DNA of 64,000 nt. Source: Candidatus Levyibacteriota bacterium (GTDB lineage: Bacteria; Patescibacteriota; Microgenomatia; Levybacterales; UBA12049). Of this stretch, positions 56,685-64,000 are shown piece after piece (position 1 is the first letter of the stretch; the number at the start of each line of letters is the position of its first letter). Both the position numbers and the translations under genes were made by a program. The DNA lies in the NCBI GenBank assembly GCA_016199085.1, contig JACQHJ010000003.1, positions 38,676-102,675 on the forward strand. Direction: 5' to 3'. The notes beneath the pieces were generated by a model. The model had not been told where the DNA came from, did not search any database, and saw only the letters and a program-made list of their open reading frames with translations.

Positions 56685-57137
56685 ATGGATAAAGCAAAAC
56701 TACAGGAAGAACTTAAAAACTCAATGCTTTCTAAAAACGAGCTTAAGACCTCAGTCTTAAGAATGCTTCTTTCTGCAATTAATTATTATGAAATCCAAAA
56801 AGGCGGAGCAGGATATAGCGCAACCGAAGAAGACGTTGCCTCAGTCATCGGATCCCAGGCAAAACAAAGAAGAGATTCTATTGAGGAATATACCAAAGCA
56901 AACCGCCCCGAGCTTGCGGGAAAAGAACAAATGGAGCTTGAGATCTTACAAACCTATATGCCTAAGCAAATGAGTAAAGAGGAAGTTAAAAAACTAGTTG
57001 TTGAGGCAATCTCCCAGACAGGTGCCTCAACAATCCAAGACATGGGAAAAGTTATGGGAGCATTAATGCCTAAGGTTAAAGGGAAAGCTGATGGAGGAAT
57101 GGTTAGTAATCTTGTAAAACAAGCGCTTACTTCTTAA
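56685..57137 (+). CDS. yqeY: GatB/YqeY domain protein
   Basis: Full-length similarity to the YqeY family (LK..MLS..E..T.VLRML.SAI...E...). Confidence 0.8.
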   Translation: MDKAKLQEELKNSMLSKNELKTSVLRMLLSAINYYEIQKGGAGYSATEEDVASVIGSQAKQRRDSIEEYTKANRPELAGKEQMELEILQTYMPKQMSKEEVKKLVVEAISQTGASTIQDMGKVMGALMPKVKGKADGGMVSNLVKQALTS

Positions 57138-58029
57138 ATCTTCTATTTATCAAATCCTGCCAGACAACTAGAATCGGAGCCGCATTAAAGATTGATGAAT
57201 AAGTACCGCTAATTATTCCTATTAAAAGGGCAACTACAAACCATCTGATTGTTTCTCCTCCGAAAAGCAAAAGTGCAAATAACACCAAAACTACTGTTAA
57301 AGACGTATTAAATGACCTGTCCAAGGTCTGCAGTATGGAATCATTAACTGTTTGTTCAAAATCTTGCCCTCCGACTTTTTTAAGGTTTTCTCTAATCCTG
57401 TCAAAAACAACAATTGTATCATGGACGGAAAAACCGATAACGGTAAGTACCGCTGTTACAAATAAGCTGTCAATTTCAACACCAAAGATTTGACCAAGTA
57501 TTGAAAAAAACCCTATCAAAACCAGTACATCATGAATTAAAGCAACAATTGCCGCAATTCCAAACCTAAAGCTACTTGTCGGCTTTGGAACTTTCCTAAA
57601 AGACCAGGTGATATATAAAACTATTAAGAAAGATGCTATAACAAGTCCTTTTAAGGCATTAAGGGTTGTTTCTCCTCCGATTGTTGGACCTACCGTTTCA
57701 TATTGAGATTGCTTAAACTCTCCTATCCTTGCCTTAAGATCTGATATTAAAAACTCGTCCTCAGATTGACTTATAGGCCTTGTTCTTACAAAGACGTCTT
57801 TTTGGGCTCTTTCAAGCGTTGCCACTTTTATTTTCTTCTCGGCAAAAGTGTCTTCAATACCTTTTATCTGTTGATCTGTTATAGGCTTTTCAAAAGTTAA
57901 GGTAAGCCTTGATCCTCCTGTGAATTCAATTGATAAATTTAAACCGTAAAGATACAAAGAAATTAGACCCGGAATGATAATTATTGTCGAAATTATAAAA
58001 TACCAATATTTTTTACCTATTATATTCAT
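57127..58029 (-). CDS. secF: Protein translocase subunit SecF
   Basis: N-terminal ...LNLSIEFTGGSRLTL, six TM segments, and a length of about 300 aa. Confidence 0.9.
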   Translation of the reverse strand: MNIIGKKYWYFIISTIIIIPGLISLYLYGLNLSIEFTGGSRLTLTFEKPITDQQIKGIEDTFAEKKIKVATLERAQKDVFVRTRPISQSEDEFLISDLKARIGEFKQSQYETVGPTIGGETTLNALKGLVIASFLIVLYITWSFRKVPKPTSSFRFGIAAIVALIHDVLVLIGFFSILGQIFGVEIDSLFVTAVLTVIGFSVHDTIVVFDRIRENLKKVGGQDFEQTVNDSILQTLDRSFNTSLTVVLVLFALLLFGGETIRWFVVALLIGIISGTYSSIFNAAPILVVWQDLINRRFKK

Positions 58030-58031
58030 AT

Positions 58032-59324
58032 TTATCTATAGATTAATCTTAAGAAAGTTCTGGTAATAACAATTGCTGAAAACATTGAAATTAAAACACC
58101 GATTGCCAAAACTAAAGCAAATCCTTTGACTATTCCTGTTCCAAAAGAGTATAAGACAAGACATGTAATTAAAGTTGAGATGTTTGAATCCCTGATTGAT
58201 GTCCAAGCTCTTGAGAACCCAAGTTCAATTGCCACATCTTTTGATTTATCCGCTCTTAACTCTTCCTTCATTCTTTCAAAGATTAAAATGTTTGCATCAA
58301 CTGCCATTCCTATTGAAAGAATAAAACCTGCAATACCGGAAAGTGTCAAAGTTATTCCGTAAGGAGTTAGGGAACTTAGTTTAAAAATGGCAAGAGTAAA
58401 AAGAGTGTATAAAACCAAAGCAATACTTGCCACAACGCCAAGTCTTCCGTATAAAACAACCATAAAAATGACTATTATTATAAAACCGACAATTCCCGCA
58501 AATAGACTTTTCTCCAAAGACTGGGCACCAAGTGTCGGAGCAATTACGCTACTGGAAAGAATTTTAAGAGGAACGGGAAGTGCTCCCGCATTTAGCTGCG
58601 TACTTAACGCATTAGCCGTATCTATTGTAAAGCTTCCCGTAATAACTGCGTCTCCTGTTAGAATTGCCTGCTGGACTGTTGGCTGTTCTATTAATTGATT
58701 ATCCAAAACAATTGCCACGGGTTTTCCGATATTTCTTTTTGTAATGTCGGCAAACTTTTTGGTTCCATCTGACGTAAACTGAAGTGTGACCTGAGGCTTT
58801 CCGGTATTTGGATCAAAGGAAACGCTTGTCTGTTTTATGTCTGCACCGCTTAGGTTTGTTTGCACAAAGTTTGGCTGGGCTGAAGGACTAGCTGTTGCAG
58901 ATCTACTTGCCTCTTGCTCCCAAAACGTCAACTGGGCTGTTGTTCCTATAAGGCTTCTTACCTGTTGTGTATCAGTAACTCCGGGCAGTTCAACAATTAT
59001 CCTGTAATCATTATTGACAACAGATGTTTGGACAATAGGCTCTGATACTCCAAATAAATTTACCCTTCTATCAATAACTACTTTAGCGCTTTCCAAAGCA
59101 GATGTTTTTTGAGTTGAAGAAATCTTTGCCATATCGGCCTGGAGAATAAGACTTGTACCGCCTTCTAGGTCAAGACCTTTTCTAAAGACTAGTTCTTTTT
59201 GAATATTTAATTTTTCAAAAACAATATTGGGGTCAAACTTGCCAATCTTTGGCAGGTTAAAAAATACTGCCAAAACCGTAAGAACAATAATTAACCAAAA
59301 AAGGTAGCGCGGAGATCTTCTCAT
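58032..59324 (-). CDS. secD: Protein translocase subunit SecD
   Basis: Periplasmic domain with LDLEGGTSLIL and the C-terminal six-TM SecDF core. Confidence 0.9.
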   Translation of the reverse strand: MRRSPRYLFWLIIVLTVLAVFFNLPKIGKFDPNIVFEKLNIQKELVFRKGLDLEGGTSLILQADMAKISSTQKTSALESAKVVIDRRVNLFGVSEPIVQTSVVNNDYRIIVELPGVTDTQQVRSLIGTTAQLTFWEQEASRSATASPSAQPNFVQTNLSGADIKQTSVSFDPNTGKPQVTLQFTSDGTKKFADITKRNIGKPVAIVLDNQLIEQPTVQQAILTGDAVITGSFTIDTANALSTQLNAGALPVPLKILSSSVIAPTLGAQSLEKSLFAGIVGFIIIVIFMVVLYGRLGVVASIALVLYTLFTLAIFKLSSLTPYGITLTLSGIAGFILSIGMAVDANILIFERMKEELRADKSKDVAIELGFSRAWTSIRDSNISTLITCLVLYSFGTGIVKGFALVLAIGVLISMFSAIVITRTFLRLIYR

Positions 59325-59896
59325 GAAAGCATACTCTCTTCATCACCGATAAGCATCACTCTTGAACCAGCCAGGATTGATAGAATAAACGGATCCCTTT
59401 TTTTCTTTCTGAAATCAAATTCATCTTCAGTCATAACCGTATAGTTAATTTCAGTTGCAAGTCTTTTCTCTTCCTCCCTAACTAAAAGTGCAAGCTCGGG
59501 CAGAACAACCGTTCCGACAACCAATAAATCTACTTCATCGGGTTGGTCTTTTATTTTTCTTAGGAATCTGCCGGAAAACATGGCATATTTTATTTTTCCA
59601 AGCTTGACTTTATTTTTTAGGACTTGTTCTCCAAGACCGATATTTTTAGATCCGATTCGAAGTAAATCAAAATAGAAGGGATAGTTTTTGGAAAGAGAGT
59701 AGTAGACTCTGTTTGCCCTGGGTTCTTTGTTTAAAATCCCTTTTCCTTCTAAGAACGCAAGCTCCCGTCTTACAGCATTAATCTCATCCTTCGTTCTTCT
59801 AACTAACTCTCTTACGTGGAACATCTCTGTGGGATTTGCCAAAAAGACATTTAAAAGTTTTACCCGGGATTTTGATGTAATAAGATCTGAAAACAT
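59321..59896 (-). CDS. Hypothetical protein with N-terminal winged-helix-like region
   Basis: HVRELVRRTKDEINAVRRELAFLEGKGIL. I did not recognise a family. Confidence 0.35.
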   Translation of the reverse strand: MFSDLITSKSRVKLLNVFLANPTEMFHVRELVRRTKDEINAVRRELAFLEGKGILNKEPRANRVYYSLSKNYPFYFDLLRIGSKNIGLGEQVLKNKVKLGKIKYAMFSGRFLRKIKDQPDEVDLLVVGTVVLPELALLVREEEKRLATEINYTVMTEDEFDFRKKKRDPFILSILAGSRVMLIGDEESMLS

Positions 59897-59966
59897 ATTT
59901 TGTTCTTTTTATAGGCAGCGTTGAAGATACTATACAACAAAGTTAAAGGCTTGTAAATAATCTTTC

Positions 59967-61142
59967 CTACTTTACACTAAATTCGCCGTCAGTTGCTAAA
60001 ACCTCAAACCAGATGGGCCCCCTGTTGAAGGTTATTTCCTTACCTTTAGTATCCGTAAGTATTGTTCTTGAAGTTCTGTTGGCTTTTTTCCAGGTTGCGT
60101 CAATTCTTTCCCCGTTTTTTAGAACAACTGCTTTTCCTGTTCCCTTGGTCTGGTACAAAAGGTGTACATTATTCTCATAACCGTCATTGGCATTCGATTC
60201 TTTCATCAGCAGAATGACTACATTTTTTGCGCTTAATTGTTTTTTGTTATTCAAATCTGTATGTGGTTTCCCTCCGTTACTTCTAAGATATGTATTTGTC
60301 TTTGGATCATATTTCCAATCAACTCCGTATTGCGGATTATCCCAAAAGTTAATGTGTATGGCTTGTGTTACCGGCCTTTCCGAGACAGGTGCATCTTCAG
60401 CGAACTTATATTCTACGAATTTCTTATCCCAAGGACTGCCGTCCTCTGAAACGTTTGTCAGTTTTCTTGTCGCTGCGGCATAGTTCCAAAGCTTTGTCAG
60501 CGTTGAATACATAGTGTGTTCTGTGGCAACAGTACGACCTAGCCTGTCATAATCTCTCCAAAAGGTAGGAAAGCCAATGGAGAATTGGTTTAGGTCATTA
60601 TATGCCGTCCAACCGTAGTCTGAAAGCTGGGAGAGTGCATCTGCAGGTCCTGGTTGATTTGCTCCTCCAACGTGGGCATATAAAGGATAGTCTGCGTATT
60701 CTGATGCAAAATCCATAAAGTATGTTCTGGCGGACCTTACTGGTCCTATTTGCCCGCTGTCTTGGCAATAGTACATTGCCAGAAATCGTGTTATTCCGCC
60801 TTCTGCCACCGCTTCATAGATAACGTCTGCTCCAAAAAGACCCGATTGTGGCCTTGATTCCTGATGGTTTTCTATCATGACTCCTAGAGGTCTGTGCTGC
60901 TGCCACCAAGCTTCTTGTTGCTTAGAATACATTGCTCCGTTTAAAGGACACTCCTGGGTCCTAGGGAGTTTGGGATCGAATGTTACCTGACCGTTAGTGC
61001 TAACCGTTGGGGCGGGAAGAGGAGTACTGATTATATTTTTGGAGATTGTCTGGGAGAAGATAAGGTAAGAGGCGCCTGCGGACAGGAAATATAGGGAAAG
61101 GGCCAGAATTAAAAAAAGTGTTGTATTTTTATTTAACTTCAT
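59967..61142 (-). CDS. DUF3048 domain-containing secreted or lipo-protein (YerB-like)
   Basis: Signal peptide, then PLGVMIENHQESRPQSGL...ADVIYEAVAEGGITRFLAMY, which is characteristic of DUF3048. Confidence 0.65.
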   Translation of the reverse strand: MKLNKNTTLFLILALSLYFLSAGASYLIFSQTISKNIISTPLPAPTVSTNGQVTFDPKLPRTQECPLNGAMYSKQQEAWWQQHRPLGVMIENHQESRPQSGLFGADVIYEAVAEGGITRFLAMYYCQDSGQIGPVRSARTYFMDFASEYADYPLYAHVGGANQPGPADALSQLSDYGWTAYNDLNQFSIGFPTFWRDYDRLGRTVATEHTMYSTLTKLWNYAAATRKLTNVSEDGSPWDKKFVEYKFAEDAPVSERPVTQAIHINFWDNPQYGVDWKYDPKTNTYLRSNGGKPHTDLNNKKQLSAKNVVILLMKESNANDGYENNVHLLYQTKGTGKAVVLKNGERIDATWKKANRTSRTILTDTKGKEITFNRGPIWFEVLATDGEFSVK

Positions 61143-61603
61143 TTGGCAGTTTGTGATCCGTTTAGAACTTTACGTTCTTCCTCAGAGAGATCGTACTCTA
61201 CTCCTTTTCCGTTTTTAACCTTCTTAGCATACCATCTTGTACCGGATCTTGAATAGAGGGCTGAGATTATTACTCCCGTGTCTTGTCTGTCTACAAGCGA
61301 CAAAATAAAACTCTGGTCTCCTCCCGTATCCTTAAAAGGATTGAACCTTAAAAGGCCGATTTTCTGGATGTGTAATAAACCGTCCTTTTCTAATTTTAAT
61401 GAATAATCCTTTAAATAGTCAATATCCTTTTTATTAACTTCAGTCTCTCTTAGAAGCTCTTCTAAGACAGTTTTAAGGCTTTTGGTCGATACGCCTTTTG
61501 TGATTCTATTATAGTGGCTTAAAATCTTTGCGAAGAAAAAGCTTAACGTGACAAGCCAAACAAAGATTACGGCAATACTTAAAAAGAGGAAATTGTCCAG
61601 CAT
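61139..61603 (-). CDS. DUF4446 family membrane-anchored protein
   Basis: N-terminal TM, then GLLRFNPFKDTGGDQSFILSLVD...SRSGTRWYAKKV, which is typical of DUF4446. Confidence 0.6.
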   Translation of the reverse strand: MLDNFLFLSIAVIFVWLVTLSFFFAKILSHYNRITKGVSTKSLKTVLEELLRETEVNKKDIDYLKDYSLKLEKDGLLHIQKIGLLRFNPFKDTGGDQSFILSLVDRQDTGVIISALYSRSGTRWYAKKVKNGKGVEYDLSEEERKVLNGSQTAK

Positions 61604-61666
61604 AATATCTACTTATATTAGCCTCTTGACAGCCATGATGTCAATAGTGTAATCTAGCCTCTATAC

Positions 61667-61939
61667 ATGGCTAAAAGAAGAAAAACAAGGGAACAGAAAA
61701 AACTTTCAGATTTACGCCATACCTTTACACATCAAATAGTTACTAATACTTTTGAGACTAGGCCCTCTTCTACCCAAATTTCACCTAAAGTTATTGCAGT
61801 GGCTACGTCAAACTATCCATATCTTGTTAAGGATCTTTCCAAGACTTTTATCCTTACCGCTTCTATAATCGGACTTCAGATACTTTTATTTATATCCTTA
61901 AAAACTCACTTAATTAAAATTCCGGGAATTTCGTATTAA
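61667..61939 (+). CDS. Hypothetical small protein
   Basis: ORF only. Confidence 0.25.
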   Translation: MAKRRKTREQKKLSDLRHTFTHQIVTNTFETRPSSTQISPKVIAVATSNYPYLVKDLSKTFILTASIIGLQILLFISLKTHLIKIPGISY

Positions 61940-61963
61940 ATTGAAAGGAGGTGACTTAAATCT

Positions 61964-62107
61964 ATGGCAACAATGTATTGTGTAAAATGTAGAGCAAAGA
62001 GAGACGATCCTAACGCAGAGAAGGTAACCATGAAAAATGGAAAACCAGCTCTTAAGGGAAAGTGTCCAGTCTGTGGTACAGGAATGTACAAGATCGGAGC
62101 TTCCTAA
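61964..62107 (+). CDS. Small zinc-ribbon protein (47 aa; CxxC...CPxCG), not in the ORF track
   Basis: Strong Shine-Dalgarno AAAGGAGGTGA placed 8 nt upstream of the ATG. Translation is MATMYCVKCRAKRDDPNAEKVTMKNGKPALKGKCPVCGTGMYKIGAS. An intrinsic terminator follows. Confidence 0.6.
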   Translation: MATMYCVKCRAKRDDPNAEKVTMKNGKPALKGKCPVCGTGMYKIGAS

Positions 62108-62132
62108 TTTTTCTTTGTCTTTAAGAGATAAT

Positions 62133-62166
62133 AAAAAACCCCTCGCCAATTTGGAAGGGGTTTTTT
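62133..62166 (+). terminator. Rho-independent terminator (GC hairpin ccccTcgCC-aatt-GGaaGGGG followed by TTTTTT)
   Basis: Seen directly, downstream of the zinc-ribbon ORF. Confidence 0.55.
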
Positions 62167-62198
62167 GTATGAAAGCTATGCTATACTCGAAATGATTA

Positions 62199-63215
62199 AT
62201 GATTATGGAAATGGGAGAAGGACTTCCCGTAAGTACACCCACAACGGGAAGAAATGAATATAGAGTCGGAGAGGCAAATATTGGTGTTTCCTGGAGAGTC
62301 TTTGAACCTCAAGGACCAAAACCTGAACAAGATGGAACTGGGAAAGCAGTTATCTATATCCCAGGCTGGTCTATAACAGAAAAGGCAAAATCAGTAGAAG
62401 CATTGGGCCAGGCATTTGCAGATTATGCACTTGTCCCCGTATACGCTGTTGATACCAAATCAGATAGAATTGGCCAGAGTTCTTTATCCCAGGAAGCTGA
62501 AGCAGTACGTCAAGACATAGAACAAAGGAAATTAGACAAAATAACAATAGTTGGTAATTCACAAGGCGGAGCCGAGGCAATTCATCTTGCCTCTCTCTTA
62601 CAGCAACAAAATCCCGAAGTAACAATTGAAGGATTGGTTCTTCTTGATTCAATAGGACTGTATCGTCAGAAAGGATCCCAACTTTTAGCTAACTATGCTA
62701 AAGATGTGATTGGAACTACGGTTAAAACCGGGGTGGAGGTTGGAAAAGCTTTACTTCGCCGTCCTTTAATGAGACATGGAAACCGGATGCTTTCTCAAAT
62801 GCGAAGTTATGCTCCAGATGCTATTTCTGAAATACTAAGAGAAGTTGCACAGTTTCAGACTCGTTGGCCAGGAAAAACCGTAAGCGAGATAAGAGAAATG
62901 GTTAGGGATATATCCCCCATAACAGGAGAGATTGCAGCTCCCATTGTTATTGTTCAGGGAGCAAATGATACAGTCTCAAATCCAAGTACAATAATCCCTC
63001 CTCAATCACCCGAAGATGAAGAAAAAGGGTATATCAGAAATATCAACGAAAGAGAACGATTTCTTAAAGAAACTGTATTCCCAAATAGCCCTTCTGTGAT
63101 GATGGTTGTTGCAGAAAGAATAGGAGTACACAGCGTAAGTTATCTTAGACCAGAATCCGTTGCTAGATCTTCTTTATATTTACTAAAGGGGGGCCTAAGA
63201 GTTCCAACGAAATAA
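62199..63215 (+). CDS. Alpha/beta hydrolase fold protein
   Basis: Nucleophile elbow IVGNSQGGAEA (GxSxG) and the overall alpha/beta hydrolase layout. Confidence 0.7.
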   Translation: MIMEMGEGLPVSTPTTGRNEYRVGEANIGVSWRVFEPQGPKPEQDGTGKAVIYIPGWSITEKAKSVEALGQAFADYALVPVYAVDTKSDRIGQSSLSQEAEAVRQDIEQRKLDKITIVGNSQGGAEAIHLASLLQQQNPEVTIEGLVLLDSIGLYRQKGSQLLANYAKDVIGTTVKTGVEVGKALLRRPLMRHGNRMLSQMRSYAPDAISEILREVAQFQTRWPGKTVSEIREMVRDISPITGEIAAPIVIVQGANDTVSNPSTIIPPQSPEDEEKGYIRNINERERFLKETVFPNSPSVMMVVAERIGVHSVSYLRPESVARSSLYLLKGGLRVPTK

Positions 63216-63351
63216 GCTATTCACAACATGGATCTTTATATCCACAACTTGGGCAATACGCGTCTCTACTTCCTGGCATATCGCCCATTTGGGTTTGACA
63301 CATAGGGCAAGGCTTTGTTCTTAAATCTCTTTTCTTACTTATACTTTCCAT
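63214..63351 (-). CDS. Possible small zinc-ribbon protein (45 aa; CPMC...CPSCG), not in the ORF track
   Basis: Manual translation of the reverse strand gives MESISKKRDLRTKPCPMCQTQMGDMPGSRDAYCPSCGYKDPCCE. It overlaps the ends of both neighbouring genes. Confidence 0.3.
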
Positions 63352-64000
63352 CTATATCTTCAATAATATCAATAATTTCCAATAGGTTGTCAATTTTTTT
63401 AAAAGCAAGTCGTTCCAGTTTTTCATCTTTTATTTTATATAAAATTCCTCTTTTAGTAAACCTGAAAGCATCCATATCATTATATGCATCTCCTATAAAA
63501 AGCGAATCTTGAGGAGAAATATTTAAAAGTTTACAGATAGATTTTATTTCGACAACTTTTGCCTTAGGATCTTCGTCAACACACTGAAATCTTACAAAAT
63601 TATCATTCTTATCAAATACCATGGTGATATTTGCGCGCCAGTATTTGATACTAAAATGCCTTGCTACTTTTGAAACGTACTCTCCGGTACCGCTTGAGAT
63701 AATTGCAATTTCAATATCACGGCTTTTAATATATTCGACAAGTTTTTTTCCCTCCTTATTGATTGTATAATTTTTAAGATCAACAATTTCCTCAAACTTT
63801 TTTCTGTTGAGACCTGCCTTCTTATAGTAGTCTTCAATGTTTTTATTCCACTTATCAAAAGGGAGTTTGTTGCTATAATAATCTAGATACCACTTTAAAT
63901 CTAATTTTTCCGAGATACCTGTTGCTTTTGCAAGTTTTCCCCAGGGGTTTCCAAAAAGAAGGATACCGTCGCAGTCAAAGAAAACTATTTTTACTTTCAT
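63335..64000 (-). CDS. HAD-superfamily hydrolase (subfamily IB, phosphoserine-phosphatase-like); the start codon sits at the window edge
   Basis: Motif I FFDCDGIL and downstream HAD motifs (SSGTGEY, GDAYNDMDAF). Confidence 0.75.
   Translation of the reverse strand: MKVKIVFFDCDGILLFGNPWGKLAKATGISEKLDLKWYLDYYSNKLPFDKWNKNIEDYYKKAGLNRKKFEEIVDLKNYTINKEGKKLVEYIKSRDIEIAIISSGTGEYVSKVARHFSIKYWRANITMVFDKNDNFVRFQCVDEDPKAKVVEIKSICKLLNISPQDSLFIGDAYNDMDAFRFTKRGILYKIKDEKLERLAFKKIDNLLEIIDIIEDIDGKYK

Noticed and set aside
61910-62242. Minus-strand ORF 61910-62242
   Set aside because: It overlaps the well-supported zinc-ribbon gene (with Shine-Dalgarno and terminator) on the opposite strand. Its translation is Cys/His-poor and low complexity, so it is spurious.
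1-64000. CRISPR arrays, rRNA genes, additional tRNAs
   Set aside because: Other than the intergenic triplicate at 36.4-37.8 kb and the element's inverted repeats, I found no regularly spaced direct repeats. No other GC-rich intergenic segment folded into a cloverleaf. No rRNA-like conserved stretches were seen.

Overview
This is a low-GC (about 33-35%), gene-dense bacterial window. It looks like a Patescibacteria/CPR-type or similar small-genome organism; that assignment is an inference from composition and gene content and has not been verified.

From start to end, the window contains:
- **1-0.7 kb:** the 3' end of an Nramp-family transporter gene.
- **0.7-6.3 kb:** a sortase-centred cell-surface locus. 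It holds a 769-aa and a 163-aa secreted protein sharing an N/S/G-rich repeat and a CSTCVG motif, a class-unknown sortase with a TLxTC catalytic motif, and a PT-rich putative substrate with a C-terminal hydrophobic anchor.
- **6.3-9.7 kb:** housekeeping genes pyrD and msrB, an acyltransferase-3, and a GC-rich orphan ORF.
- **9.8-16.5 kb:** an envelope-glycan block. It holds a nucleotidyltransferase-family protein, a secreted beta-helix protein, a C-terminally truncated UDP-glucose dehydrogenase homolog, and a large GT2 synthase fused to LysM and beta-helix domains and split by a homopolymer frameshift. An FN3 membrane protein follows.
- **16.6-28 kb:** small membrane proteins, an Excalibur domain protein, a Crp/Fnr regulator with a palindromic candidate operator, Nudix, HD and SGNH hydrolases, glgA, a DEAD-box helicase and a second Nramp-like transporter.
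- **28.4-36.3 kb:** a second glycan biosynthesis cluster. It holds an epimerase pseudogene remnant, a GT4 glycosyltransferase, a 929-aa methyltransferase-nucleotidyltransferase-GT2 fusion, a 2H phosphoesterase, kdsA, a SIS-only KdsD-type isomerase, a HAD phosphatase and a SAM methyltransferase, which together form a Kdo pathway.
- **36.4-45.4 kb:** an integration hotspot at a tRNA-Gln(CUG) gene. Three degenerate att/tRNA-like intergenic repeats lie to its left. A ~7 kb element is bounded by two nested pairs of perfect ~90-100 bp inverted repeats that all join at a 7-bp core, CTTGCTG. The element carries a large serine recombinase, a GC-rich structured region that may be a ncRNA, a perfect consensus promoter, and a tight four-gene operon. 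Two products of that operon look like a GHKL-type ATPase (749 aa) and a DUF4263/Shedu-like PD-(D/E)xK nuclease (428 aa). I read this as a candidate, previously uncharacterised, mobile anti-phage or restriction-like cassette.
- **45.5-64 kb:** core genes. These are an MFS transporter with a homopolymer frameshift, gltX next to tRNA-Gln, a D-Ala-D-Ala carboxypeptidase, aspS, recJ, cca, ABC-2 transporter genes, yqeY, secDF, DUF3048 and DUF4446 proteins, two small zinc-ribbon ORFs, an alpha/beta hydrolase and a HAD hydrolase.

Several frameshifts sit in homopolymer runs. This suggests sequencing or assembly error as an alternative to real gene decay. All functional calls rest on motifs read by eye, because no database search was possible.
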